NCBI GenBank assembly: GCA_951406725.2
Contig: OX597830.1
Span: 28,024,001-28,088,000 of the forward strand
Length of the DNA: 64,000 nucleotides
DNA from: Octopus vulgaris
Taxonomy: Eukaryota
Direction: 5' to 3'
A model generated the notes under the pieces. It worked only from the letters and a program-made list of their open reading frames with translations, ran no database searches and was not told where the DNA came from. The position numbers and the translations under genes are program-made. Below are positions 14,744 to 28,741 of the stretch, in pieces. Positions within the stretch are counted from its first letter, which is position 1. Every line of letters begins with the position of its first letter.

Positions 14744-15279
14744 GTATACGTATATATGTTTGTATGCATAATATACATGTGCATATATATGTGCAGATAT
14801 ATGCATATGTATATATATATATATATCTGTATATGTGAAGATATATGTATGTAAATGTGTATGTATTCGTATATGTATCTATCTATCTATTACCTATATT
14901 ATTGCTTAACTTCTCTTTACCTCGTTAATTTAGAAAACGATACTGTTACTTTTGATCTTTGTTCATCATCTTCATTTATTTTGCCTCCTGATCCTCCTTC
15001 TCTTCCCCCTCCTGCTCCTCCTCCTCTTCCTCCTGATTCTCCTCCTCTCCATCCTGCTCCTGCTCCTCATCATCTTCACTAGTTCCCACCACTCCTTTTC
15101 ATCCACCCCCTTATTGTACTAGTACTACCATTTCTAATATTTCAACGTTGATTGTAAATGGGTGGAAGGTCTTTGCACGTACACACACGCGCATGCATGC
15201 ACACACATTAATTCTACATTACACACACGTACAAGCACGCACAGAAACGCAATGCCTTAAAAGAGTTCGCCAGAAGATT

Positions 15280-15463
15280 CAGCGTGACACAAAGTAACAA
15301 AGCTGGCAATTTGAAGTACATGTAGCACTCATTTTTGATAGTGTGTTGATTGGAATAACGTGAAATAAAATGGCTTTCCCAAGGACAAAACGCGCTGCTA
15401 TTAAACGAACTCATGACCTTACGATCAATAAAACAATACCCAAACCACTAAGCCACGCGTCTT
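15280..15463 (-). mobile_element. SINE family C (GGCGCGTGGCTTAGTGGTTAGGGT head), degenerate
   Basis: CCACTAAGCCACGCGTC is the reverse complement of the tRNA-like A-box head seen at 23763 and 49613. Confidence 0.7.
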
Positions 15464-15567
15464 CGCACATATAAACACTATACATTAGAGGATTACGCAT
15501 TAATTACTGCCATGTTTATTAGATTATAATAAAGTCATAAACACGTGTCTAACCTTTCTGATGACCA

Positions 15568-15993
<426 letters not shown>

Positions 15994-15996
15994 TAA

Positions 15997-16059
<63 letters not shown>

Positions 16060-16782
16060 CAAGTAAGCCTATTGATTGGGAGCTAAGCTACATTCCTCTC
16101 GGGTGCAGCGACTAACATAGCGAGAATCTAGAAATTGTTGTTGAATTCTCGATTCAACTATGTCAAATTGCAGGATTAGAATTCAGCAGAGGAGGATCTC
16201 TCATTAGATTAATAACTTGCAGGCACACGTTTTTTTCTGTATGTAACCATGATATGCTACGACGTTCGTCAAACGTTTTTGTAAGTCAATATCGTGTACT
16301 TCTGTGTTAGCTGTGCATTTAAATCACGTGTTAAAGTCATCTCTACAGATGAAATCATAGCCAGCACTGATTTTGATACGACATTTCGTATCCGATACGC
16401 CAGATGCAAACAATGAGATTGGAGATGAAAAGATGGGTAATGGGCATATATGCTATATTTCTGTAGTTTTTGCTCCTTCATCAGCACGAATACAACCCAT
16501 TCATCATCCATGAACTCATACTAAATGTAGCAGCGTAACATTATTGGATATAACGAATTTACATATTAAACACTTTCTTGGAAGCTGATAATGTAAATAT
16601 TAATGACTCGTAAGGACTCGTTATTTTGTTGCGCAACCACAGTAGGCTACAAAGTATATCAAACGTTTTTGTAAGTCAATAATGTGTACTAGTGTGTTAG
16701 CATCGCCGGTAATCGCCTTAAAGTCTTATTATATTGACTTTCTTTAGCAAAGGATGATATATTGTTGAATCTCTCCAAGTCA

Positions 16783-17250
16783 GGTGCAGAAGTGGCTGTG
16801 TGGTAAGTAGCTTGCTTACCAACCACACGGTTCCGGGTTCAGTCCAACTGCGTGGCAAATTGGGCAAGTGTCTTCTACTAAAGCATCGGGCCAACCAAAG
16901 ACTTGTGAGTAGATTTTGTAGACGGAAACCCGTCGTATATATGTGGCGAGCTGGCAGAAACGTTAGCACGCTGTACGAAATGCTTTGCGGTATTTCGCCT
17001 GCTGCTACGTTCTGAGTTCAAATTCTGCCGAGGTCGACTTTGCTTTTCATCCTTTCGGGGTCGATTAAATAAGTACCAGTTACGCACTGGGGTCGATATA
17101 ATCGACTTAATCCATTTGTCTGTCCTTGTTTGTCCTCTCTGTGAAAAAGAAAGACTTTTTCTATTTCTATTCCTGAGCGCTATACTAATACATTTGTTTG
17201 TTTGTACTCCACCTGCCTTCGTCTTTTGTTTATTTTCGTAAACTTTCCAG

Positions 17251-17291
<41 letters not shown>

Positions 17292-17309
17292 GGGTGTGTG
17301 GGAGGTGTT

Positions 17310-17367
<58 letters not shown>

Positions 17368-17575
17368 CTTGTGTGTCTGTGTTTGTGCCCCCAACATCGC
17401 TTGACAACCGATGCTGGTGTGTTTACGTCCCCGTAACTTAGCGGTTCGGCAAAAGCGACCGACAGAATAAGTATTAAGCTAACAAAGAATATGTCCTGGG
17501 TCGAGTTGCACGACTAAATGCGGTTCTCCAGCATGGCCGCAGTCAAATGACTGAAACAAGTAAAAGAGTAAAAGA
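16783..17575 (+). mobile_element. SINE family A interrupted by a family B SINE (16944-17142) and a Penelope-like fragment (17150-17250)
   Basis: Family A head 16783-16940, family B head GGCGAGCTGGCAGAAACGTTAGCACG at ~16945, family A tail 17375-17575. Confidence 0.85.
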
Positions 17576-18206
17576 ATATAGAGAGTATCATTTTTTTAAG
17601 GCTATAGCTCATCGGAGTGCAGCCGGAATTTCCGTACGAAAGAAGGACAGATACATAACACGACAAAGCCCTGGGTTGTGTACAGAATAATTATATTTAT
17701 TGGAGTAAAGTAAAAATAAAAAAAGAAAGTTGATCTCGATGGAATTTGAACTCCGAACGTAGAGTCGTGGACAGATTAAAGGTAAGTTATTTATCCAACT
17801 CTCCATCGAGTCTGGCAGTTAGCCGCATCATGAAAATTTTAAAACAATATGGCTGACATTTTGCATAGCGCACGATTAAACGTGTGGAGATTCTCACAGA
17901 TAGACAAGCAATCTCACACGCATACGCATATATGAACAGCATTCATTTTCTACAACACATAAAGAGTACAATAGGTATGCATAGAGAGGGAAAAAGAGAG
18001 AGAGAGAGAGAAAGAGAGAGAGAGTGGTGACAAAGAAAGAGAGGGATTAATAGAAAGAGAAAGAATCAGAGAGTAGGAAAGATACAAAGATAAGCATACA
18101 AAACGATTAGATTATCATGCAAGACATCCAGTCTTATTTAAAATTATATATGTGCGTGTGCATATGAGCGAGTATGCGCATGCGTATTTACGCATGTGCA
18201 TTACAT

Positions 18207-18275
<69 letters not shown>

Positions 18276-18329
18276 TATAAATATTTATATATATATATAT
18301 ACAGATATATATATATATATGTATATATG

Positions 18330-18376
<47 letters not shown>

Positions 18377-18627
18377 GTTTATATATTCATGTATAAACTT
18401 GCCTATTCGTACGTATGTGGGTATGTATGAATATACATGCATACATACACACATTTGTATATATATATCTGTAACTATATCTATATATGTACATATATAT
18501 ATATATATATTTATATCTGTATATATATATATATAAACTGTCTATACATATGATATATATATACATATATATACATGTATATATGTATATGTGTATATAT
18601 GTATATATATATTTATGTATATATGTA

Positions 18628-18780
<153 letters not shown>

Positions 18781-19116
18781 ATTTGTGTATATATTAAAAC
18801 ATCTAACATGTCGAGTGTTCAAAGATCATTCCTGAAATAATGTTTAGTAGTAGATAGCTAATGAAATCTTCAATTGCCTAATTTATTTTGTGGGGAAATT
18901 AAATCGTGTTGTCTTGCATATCTCACCATGCATACAAACTGTCGCCATCTTCGTGTAACATGTATTTGTTCGCAGTCAGTCGTCTTGGGCTGGCTGACGA
19001 ATCTCGATATGTGAAGATGTCTTCGCCATTTTAAAACTAAACTTGCCAATATCTTGTTTTATATATGTATGATTATAACAATAGTAATAATAATAATAAT
19101 ACTGATAATAGTAAAA

Positions 19117-19152
<36 letters not shown>

Positions 19153-19923
19153 GTAATAATAATAATAATATTAATAACGACAATAACAGAGAAGAAAAAT
19201 TATACTAATTGTTATTGTTTTATCATCATCATCATCATCACCATCATTATCATCATCATCATCATCATCATTCCCTTTAAAAATCATTCTGCTTTCTGAA
19301 GTTGATATCATCTGTATAACCTCCATTATACATTCCTACATGCAATCAAACATGCATACATACATACATACATACATACATACATACATACATACATACA
19401 TACATACATACATGCATACTTACATAGATACATATATACCTACATACATACATACATACATACATACATACCGATATAGACATACATAAATGCATACATA
19501 TATATGTACAGATATGCGTGCGTGCGTGCGTGCGTGCGTGCGTGGACGTATGTTTGAGACTAGGTATGCGTGAAGGCACCTGGCTTTATGTTCATTGTGT
19601 CCGGTTCTTGACCGTAAAGACTGTGGGTTCGCTTCCTGGACGGGGAGCCACATTCTCTCATGCAATGCACTCCATATTACAATTCCAAGTCGCTTCTGCT
19701 GAATGAATGATAATATAGTGCAGGTATTGCACTAACACAACTCTCAGTTTTAGACAAAACAACAAATGAACATTCTGCGATGAGATTAAAGAACACCATA
19801 GCATTCGCCGCTCCTCGTATGTGAACAGAGAACGCGGAACAGGAGGACATTTCAATGACCTGAATCTAAACATACTTCGACTTCTGCTTACTGGTTTGAT
19901 CATCTATATTTGATGTCCGTTTA

Positions 19924-20448
19924 TCTGTATATATAAAAGGCAGGATGTGTGTGTGTGTGTGTGTACATGATTGCAATTTATGCACGCCCACAAATTAGCA
20001 CGCATGTCGCTCCAATTTTAGGAGGACATTCGTCATGATCTCAGCTGTATTTTCGTCAAATTATTCTTTACCAGAGGCACCAACGAATAGCAGTAAAAAT
20101 AAAATTTCAACCAAAACTTTAAACAATTTTCAAGTCGGAAAAAGAACATTGTTTGCAAACAGGAGTTAAATCCCCTTGTGACGAGTAAGTTTTTGTTAAG
20201 ACTGTTGTTGTTTTTTCCACCGAGGGAAAAAAGTGTTTTGTTGATATACTGACAAAATACACACACACGATCATGTATGCAATAGGTGCACGTAGTACGT
20301 GTGTGCGTGTTACCCATATATAAAAAACAATTTCAACGGATTTCGCCCAAATTTAACGTCGATGTTACTTAGTTTGGCTTCAAATAAAGAACTTGATTAG
20401 TTTAATAATCCTAACTTAATCCCGGGCAAAGCCGGGGTATACTACTAG
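19924..20448 (+). mobile_element. non-autonomous Helitron, ~525 bp
   Basis: Starts A|TCTGTATATATAAAAG and ends with the hairpin CCCGG-GCAAAG-CCGGG followed by CTAG|T; inserted between A and T with no TSD; internal GT microsatellite. Confidence 0.82.
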
Positions 20449-21474
20449 TTCCCTATAAACGTACAGTATATAATAATATTTATACTAAAATGTTAGTTGT
20501 TAGTGTAACTGATGCACTCCACAAACAGTGGCATAGAAATGCGCATGCGCTGGTTAGCACACATTCATATACGCATATCGTATTCACTTCATTAGTCATA
20601 ACTTTGGCTTTCTCTGTATTCTTTTCTTCCTTTCTCAGTATGTATGTAGTTGTTTGTGTGCGTGGATGTGTGCATGTATGTGTATATATATACACACATA
20701 TACATGCATATAAATATACACGTATACACGTATATGTAAATATATAGACATGAATATGTATGTGTATATATATATGTTTATATATACATATATAGTCATG
20801 TACGTATAAATATCTACATATTTATACGTACATATATCTCTAAAATCTGGCACGCATACCCACACACTCACATAGATACATGTACACACACACCCACACG
20901 GACACGGACACACACATGTACACACACGAACAAACAATCACATACGCACAAACTCATCTATTTATTAATCAATTTATCTGACGGTCAGTTTATGAAATGC
21001 CCAAATCCGTCCAACCACCTTCATTTATCACCGGTCAGCAAAACGATATCTTAAAAAAAAAAACGTTTCCCCCGTCTCTGACATGGAGGTTTTGCATAAG
21101 GGACAGTTCAAGAAACTGAGCCCCTGACCCTAGAGGATTCACTGAATGATTTTTTTTCAATGTTTGTAGGTTTTGGGAAAACAAACATGTCTACATTTAT
21201 TATCATTGATACGACGTAATCTCTGACAGCATCTCTCCATCTCTTTCCTTCTGACTTTCTTTCCTTAATTCCTTCTCTCTCCTCCCCTCTCTCTCTCTCT
21301 CTCTCTGTCAGTCTCCGTCTCTGTTTCTCTCTTTTTCCTTGAAATTCCCTAACACTTTCAGTCAATTCTTCTTCATATGCTTTTCACTAACCCCGAAAAC
21401 GTTTCTCTTTCAATATTTCATGATTTTTCTGATGGTCATTATCTGTGACTGGTCATCATGTTGCAGCAGCACAG

Positions 21475-21586
21475 GATGATAATGATGATGATGAGATTGC
21501 CGCCGAGGACGACGTAGCCGATGACGTTTTGTGATGCTGAATGCCGCTGATGAAGATGGTGAGGATAATGATGACCATGATGATGA

Positions 21587-21620
<34 letters not shown>

Positions 21621-21896
21621 GGTGGCGGTAGCGGTGGTACTGGTGGTGATCAAGATGATGACGACGAGAACTTATAGTAAGAAATATAATCGTCATGGTT
21701 ATTAAGTCTGGGGCATAACTTCAATATTGTGACCAAGACAATAGAGACGATGTGATTGAGTACTATCATCGTAATTATCATCATCAACGTCGACATCTTT
21801 GTCATCATCATCATCATCAGCAGCAGCAGCAGTAGCAGCAGTAGCAGTAGCAGCGGCAGCAGCAGTAGCAGCGGCAGCAGCAACAGCAACAACAAT

Positions 21897-21928
<32 letters not shown>

Positions 21929-21930
21929 CA
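21475..21930. repeat. compound trinucleotide region (GAT/GGT/CAT/CAG/CAA)
   Basis: Visible directly; yields poly-His/Ser/Leu ORFs. Confidence 0.85.
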
Positions 21931-22062
21931 AGTCTAGATTTCTATTTCCTCATTTTTTACCCGTAGCCTCGTCCGTCTCTCTCATGTTCTCTCGTTCATT
22001 TCATGTGAGTCACACTCACAGCAACTCTCTTTATCCCCCGCTCTCCTTCTCTTTCTGTCTCT

Positions 22063-22109
<47 letters not shown>

Positions 22110-23709
22110 AGCTTCTATCTTTCTTTCCCTTTCCTTACTTATCATTTCCTTTTTCTGTTTTTACCGGACGTACCACTCCGCCTTCTATCCGACCCAATAC
22201 AATCGACGCACATCATATTAACTCCACACGTAAATCAAACGACAGATATAGTTAGTGTGCATCAACGATGGATACCGTTGCTCTTACGTTACTTGGCTTT
22301 TGCTACATAAATCCCTTCTCGTTTGCTTATTCATTGTCACCAATCAATCATTTAATAAAACAATAAATCAATACCAATTTATATCACGGTAAAAAGCAAA
22401 ACATTCCACTATACGGTGCGCTCCATCTTTGCTCTGGTTTGACGGTATCAAGTGGCTAATGCAAACGAAATGACCCCCGTGGTAATCTAAGATCTTTGAC
22501 TGCCAGTTCACATCAGAAGCAAAAAAATATGAAGTTTGACAGTCTGTCGGGAAGAAAGGAATGACTTAAGGTTTATGGTCTACCGTTCATCAGTGCCCAT
22601 GGCTTACAAAGTAAAACAAACAAGCAAAAACAAAAGGCTAACAAACAAATACTGTTTAAACTACAAGCCAATGCTTGGACTGTATGTGTGATTTGAGAGA
22701 AGTAGCAGATTAATTTTTCCATAAGATTAGAGTCTGCCGTCCTAACAAAAAATCCAAAATGGTGGTAGAGTACGATAATGTAGTGAAATATAGGCGATGT
22801 ATCAGAGAAAGGGAGAATTTGGAATGGAGGAACACATTCCACAGTAAATTTGCTTTATCTGAGCACAAAATACCGCTAATCATTAATAACTAACAACGAC
22901 AGTAATTAACATTAAGAGATTTAAAGGAGTAATTAGAAAATATCAATAATAAAATAATTTCAGTTTAACGTCATACTATATCAACTCTTGTGTCATTACA
23001 TATACTCATTGGCCGTTCATTCTAAAGCATATGTTATTTCAAAAATATCGTAATGTATCACTGCTTAGAACATAATACGCCCGGTTTATCTGAATTAACC
23101 ATTTGGAGGTAGAAAGTTGGTACATCCCCTCAAAATTGTAACACCGTTAACTGAGGAAAAACCCACTCATTATGCTGCGAGTAGCCGAGTCACCCCTACT
23201 TTTTACAAGAGACAATTTTATTCGACAAAAGCAATAACAACATGAAACAAAAACATCTTTAAATGATAATTCCGAAGCATATTCACCATCTACTTCAATT
23301 CCTACTTCTCAATTGCTTGGCAGACGGTCATGTTTTTGTAAAATATTATTATTGTTTTAGTTGAAATAAAATTTGTTGAAAAAAGCCGCAATAATTGTGC
23401 ACCAACCCAATATATGTATTTATATATATATATATATATTTAATATTAATGTTAGGGAAGTTATTTCAGCAATATCGAGGAATATGTTGTCATGAAACGC
23501 GCCTAATCTATATAATGTAAAGTATATTATTTGGAATAAGAATTGAAGGTATTAATTTTGATAATTTTAATATTTAGTCCTATATGTACATATTGTGGAT
23601 AATGTCATTCAATGATGATTGAGTTGCTTGAGGGTGATACTCTCTCTTAAACCTATATATATATAGATATAGAGAGAGAAAGAGATAGATATATATATAT
23701 ATAGAGAGA

Positions 23710-24148
23710 GACGATGAGCTTCTTTCAGTTTTCGTCTACCAAATTCCCTCACGTACCTTGAAGAGGAGCGTGGCTTAGCTGTTAGGGTGTTGGATTTATG
23801 ATCGTAAGATTATGGTTTCAATTCCTGGACCGGGTGGTACGTTGTGTTCTTGAGCAAAACGCTTCATTTCACGTTACTCCAGTTCACACATCGAGCGAAA
23901 ACAAGTAATCCCGCGGCGGACCGGCATCCCGTCCAGGTCGGGAATTTGTACGCTATGGAAACCGGGAAACCGGCCCTTATGAGTCGTTGTGACACGAGAA
24001 GGTAACTTTACCTTTTTTACATTTACCTCACGAGGTTTTGGTCAGGCGGACGCTATAGAAATCGTTTGCCCAATGTGCCACGCAGAGCTAATGAACCCGG
24101 AACCATGTAGTTGAGAAGCAAACTTCTTACTACACAGCCACGCCTGTC
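23710..24148 (-). mobile_element. SINE family A 5' half, split by a nested family C SINE
   Basis: CTTCTTTCAGTTTTCGTCTACCAAAT (23719-23745) continues as CTCACGAGGTTTTGGTC...CACAGCCACGCCTG after 24027. Confidence 0.8.
23763..24020 (+). mobile_element. SINE family C, near full length
   Basis: tRNA-like A box (GTGGCTTAGCTGTT) and B box (GGTTTCAATTCC), CORE-like GTGTTCTTGAGCAAAAC, tail AACTTTACCTTT; matches 49613-49850. Confidence 0.82.
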
Positions 24149-24797
24149 TATATGCTATGGAGATTAAATGTACAAAAAATTATGATTAACCGAAATTTAT
24201 ATCAGAACGTGTGCCCTCCATGATCTGTTGTAATTTAGAATCCAATTGCGCTTGGATCATCCGCTGCAGAAGACCCTGGAAAAAACACGATGGTCACATA
24301 TACGAATCAAGCAATTTATATAATTTTGCGGTTATCGTAATTTCTAAATCATGTACGTTACATGAGCGAGCCGTGGATAGATTTTCGAGTATTGCATTCA
24401 TCACGCCTTATCGATGTGCTCACAACTGAGAGAAACCTAGATATTTGTCGCCAACGATATAGAGGAAACTGAAAAACTAAATAAACAAAAGAACTTGGGC
24501 GAAATCCATCGGGTACTTTTGCTAGCCATTGCTAGGATGATTTTCGTCACCCTCCAATATATATGTATACTGTGTATACATATATATAAACACAGCATGT
24601 CGATATAAAATTTAATCTATAGACCACTACTACAATAACTTGAGTTTCAAAGAATTCTATACTTTAAGTATGATATTTAGGTACCTACATTAGTCTAATA
24701 CTACTTCTGTTGCCTTTACTGATACATGAAACACGCACAGACACACATAGGCATCCACTTGCACACTGTTTTTCTGACTGTATGTCTCTCTCTCTCG

Positions 24798-24861
<64 letters not shown>

Positions 24862-24901
24862 GATAGAAAAAACATCCCGCGATCGACCGCGAAAGGCACG
24901 T

Positions 24902-24941
<40 letters not shown>

Positions 24942-26164
24942 TCACACACTAAGAATAGGAAAAAGATCACGTCTCGGTAAGTATATCCGTCTATAAAAAG
25001 GACAGATTACGCAGATAGGAATAATTTTAAAAAGATAACTCACGGCAGAAAAATATTCACATTTAAGAAAAGAGTCGACAGGGCGAATAATAAAACCAAT
25101 TATAAATATTTCATACTTGAGAGGTTCAAAGAAATTAGGTTTTGAATGCAGGAATTATATTGGTTTGCATTTGGAAATGTTAGCCATTTTGACCAATGAC
25201 TAATTGATAAAACTAACAGTAAAGAAGACCGTCGATCCAGGCGGGCTAAAATCGTTTCATATATAGAATCATTAAAGCATGTTTCGCTAAATACATAAGA
25301 AGGAGAAGGAGAAGAAAAACTTTGGCTTGGCTTCTGATAATGCTATTAGGTGGACATGAAGTTAGTCCTCCGTTCGCACGAAATCATTTCATAAAGATAT
25401 GTGTGTGTGACTGTGCGTGTGTGTATCTATTCGAATTACAGAGCTGAGTATATGAATGTATATTTAAATATAAATATATACATAAAAGCTTATATGTTAT
25501 ATAAATATATGTACATATGTGCATTGATGTGTTTTTGAGTGTTTTCTTATGTTTTTGCTTATGTGTAGAGTTGCTTTGTTATTCTTATGGAAGTTAATAT
25601 GACAAGCCATAGACGCATGCAGTCTCTAACAAAACTACATGCATCCTTATACCTATGCAACTAAGAAAATGTCACTCTCTAGAAATAATCCACTTAGGAT
25701 TTGCTGCAGAAATCTGCCGCCTTTCACAGCTTATGTTTATCTCTAGTTGTGTTCCACTTAAATGCATTTTACACGCTTCACATACAAAAGATTCTTTGTA
25801 AAATTATGCTGTTGGTGTAAGAAAAATAAACAGAGAAAAAGACTATAAAAAATGATACAAAAATTTGTAGGAAGAATTAGCGAGTATGAAATAATGACAA
25901 AAGAAAAAAAAAAAGTATAGAAAATGCCAATATTCTGTTATAATGTTATTCTCTGGTGAATAAAATTCAGAATGTTAAACGCCAAAGAGGGCTTTCATTT
26001 TTCATTGCTTAAAGTTAATCAAAATGAAAGTTCAAATTAGAGTCTACGCTTCGTTTATACTGCACATGTACATCGGTAAAACACACACACACACACACAC
26101 ACTAATGCAATGCATACATACAAACGTATCTAATCTATCTATTTATCTATCTATCTATCTATCA

Positions 26165-26240
<76 letters not shown>

Positions 26241-26449
26241 CTCTTTCTCCCCCTCTCTCTATATATGCATATATATGTATGTATAAGTATATATATAGTT
26301 GAAATTTACCGAAAAAAAAAAGGCGAAGATATGTGTGTGAACAAGAAGCAAGTGTATTAGTTTGATGCTCGAGAAAGTGAAAAAGGGTTTTACGTTTCGA
26401 ACCTATATAATAATTATGTATATATAGATAAACATATACGCATATACAG

Positions 26450-26545
<96 letters not shown>

Positions 26546-28092
26546 TGTGTGTATATATATATGTTTCACACACACGTTTCGAAGCTTAATATTCATTTTG
26601 TGTTAGCTTTTACTAACCCACTATATAGATTTTCCTAAATCTCATCCTCTTGTCGGATGTCTAGAGGACGGTAATCTTCAATCGTAGCGCAGAAAATGAT
26701 CGCAAAAATGTCCTTTAGACCGAGGTGAATAACAAGTGCAATATGGCGATATTCATCTAAGTCAATTAGTACATATTGATTATGTTCTGTATGTGGTATA
26801 CAGGTGTATTTACGACTGCTTTTCTTTTCTTCGATTTTATCATTTACATCGACTTATAGTTATATTACAAAATAGTTGATGAGTTTTTATGTTAAGTACT
26901 TGCAGTGATTAAAAGTCTCTGATGAACTAAAACTGCACTCCGTAGGTTCATACGCCATTCTAAACATTGCTTTCAACTTATTCCTGAAATTGTGTGACTT
27001 GATATGCCGCTAGCTTCTACATACAACTCTCAAGGAACTGAGCTTCTCAAATGGTGAATGAGAATAGTTAGGTAAGATAATAAGTTAATGATTCCCTGGA
27101 AATATGTAAATCATTCAAGTTTAACTAGAAATATCTGTATGTATATTGCTGTTGATATATGATCCTCAGTCACAAGCACCCGATCCCCAGAGCGATAACC
27201 AAGGTTCGCTCAAGCCAGCAATATATTGTAAGGCAAGCGCTTGATTTAATGATTCTATGTTCAATTTTTTTCAAAGGAGAAGTTCATAATGTATTCATAG
27301 TAGGAGTTCATTGCTTTATTTAACCCTTTATTTGGGAAAAAGTTGCTTTTGTTACTAGCTAGTGATTCATCTTCATCTTTACAGTTGGAGTTTTCAGCAG
27401 AATTGTGCAACATCATTTTTCAGTTCGGGGAATTTACGTCTTTGTGGTGTGGGTGGAAACTTCAGTCCTTAGAATTTCTATGTGCATGTCATTTTGTTTG
27501 ACACACACACATACACACGTACACAGATGCGGAGACAATGAAAAGAATATATCTAACCCAAAGGAAAATCCTAAATCTTTCTTCAAATTTACACACCCAT
27601 CAACTCACAGCTGGTCACTTTCTAAACATATTGATGGGACGTTCAACACAATAGTCACAAACACACACAGGTGGACATAACTCCCATTCAATAAGTTCTT
27701 TTTAGCCACTCCTTTGGTAAGAACACACAAAGATTTCTTTTAGACAATAGACACTCCTTCTTTCACTCCCTAACACTTTGAACTCTATACCAAACTATAT
27801 TGTAAAAACACTTCAACGAAAAATCTCCAGATATGTTCTTGCCCTACTGACAGAAGATAAACTGTTTTTATTTCAAATTTTTATAAATTTTTTACTGATA
27901 CCTGATATGATGAGATTCATTGAAACGGGTAATATTTTCTGTATATATTTAAAAAAATATAAAATTTTATAAAATTCCGTCTTAAATTGAAATGTCTTAG
28001 ACTTACTTCTGTGCTATTTTCACATCCTTTTATATATAAGAATTATTATATTTGTATAGATCTCTAATCTTTTTTTAACTGTATATATATAT

Positions 28093-28480
28093 TTTTTTAC
28101 TTGTTTCAGTCATTTGACTGCGGCCATGCTGGAGCACCGCCTTTAGTCGAGCAACTCGACCCCGGGACTTATTCTTTGTAAGCCCAGTACTTATTCTATC
28201 AGTCTCTTTTGCCGAACTGCTAAGTGACAGGGACATAAACACACCAGCATCGGTTGTCAAGCAATGCTAGGGGGACAAACACAGACACACACACACATAT
28301 ATATATATACATATATACGACGGGTTTCTTTCAGTTTCCGTCTACCAAATCCACTCACAAGGCATTGGTCGGCCTGAGGCTATAGAAGAAGACACTTGTC
28401 CAAGGTGCCACGCAGTGGGACTGAACCCGGAACCATGTGGTTGGCAAGCAAGCTACTTACCACACAGCCACTCCTGCGCA
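28093..28480 (-). mobile_element. SINE family A, full length and little diverged
   Basis: Complete reverse copy from TTTTACTTGTTTCAGTCATTTGACTGCGGCC to CACACAGCCACTCCTGCGC. Confidence 0.92.
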
Positions 28481-28508
28481 CTTTATTTAAAGTAGCAGAA
28501 AATTCAAC

Positions 28509-28555
28509 AAAACCTGTTACTCTGAGTTTCACGTTGCCGTTCATCAGACACTTTT
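28509..28555 (-). ncRNA. type I minimal hammerhead ribozyme (intact core)
   Basis: AAAAGTGT-CTGATGA-ACG(GCAA)CGT-GAAAC-TCAGA-GTA-ACAGGTTTT: CUGAUGA and GAAA cores, 3-bp stem II with GCAA tetraloop, ACTC/GAGT stem III, GUA triplet, TGT/ACA plus AAAA/TTTT stem I. Confidence 0.8.
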
Positions 28556-28563
28556 TGCTACCA

Positions 28564-28610
28564 AAAACTGTCCGATGAACGGCAACGTGAAACGCAGAGT
28601 AACAGGTTTT
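28564..28610 (+). ncRNA. type I minimal hammerhead ribozyme (CCGAUGA core variant)
   Basis: AAAACTGT-CCGATGA-ACG(GCAA)CGT-GAAAC-GCAGA-GTA-ACAGGTTTT; stem I CTGT/ACAG plus AAAA/TTTT. Confidence 0.72.
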
Positions 28611-28709
28611 GTTGAATTTTCTGCTGCTTTAAATAAAGCATATTACTCTACCACTGGTATTTGAGTACTCTTTTTTCCACCTTGTTTCACATTTATGTGT
28701 TTACTCCAG

Positions 28710-28741
<32 letters not shown>

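Larger units (their letters stand above)
28481..28712. mobile_element. fold-back (~76-bp arms, 28481-28556 / 28563-28638) Penelope-like terminal element carrying two HHR motifs
   Basis: Arms are near-perfect reverse complements; AATAAA at the outer end of each arm; ends in (TA)n. Confidence 0.8.

Noticed and set aside
18985-19030. CTGACGA...GAAGATGTC as an HHR
   Set aside because: Non-canonical GAAG core and poor stems; consistent with chance
21439-21696. His-rich ORF with a hydrophobic tail
   Set aside because: Built from trinucleotide repeats; overlapping frames look equally plausible; no homology or splice support
22555-22600. Minus-strand CTGATGA-ACGGTAGACC-ATAAAC..GTC as an HHR
   Set aside because: GAAA core absent, stem I does not pair, and there is no repeat context
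24860-24905. CpG-rich spacer with CACGTG between two (CA)n runs
   Set aside because: Too short to support any function
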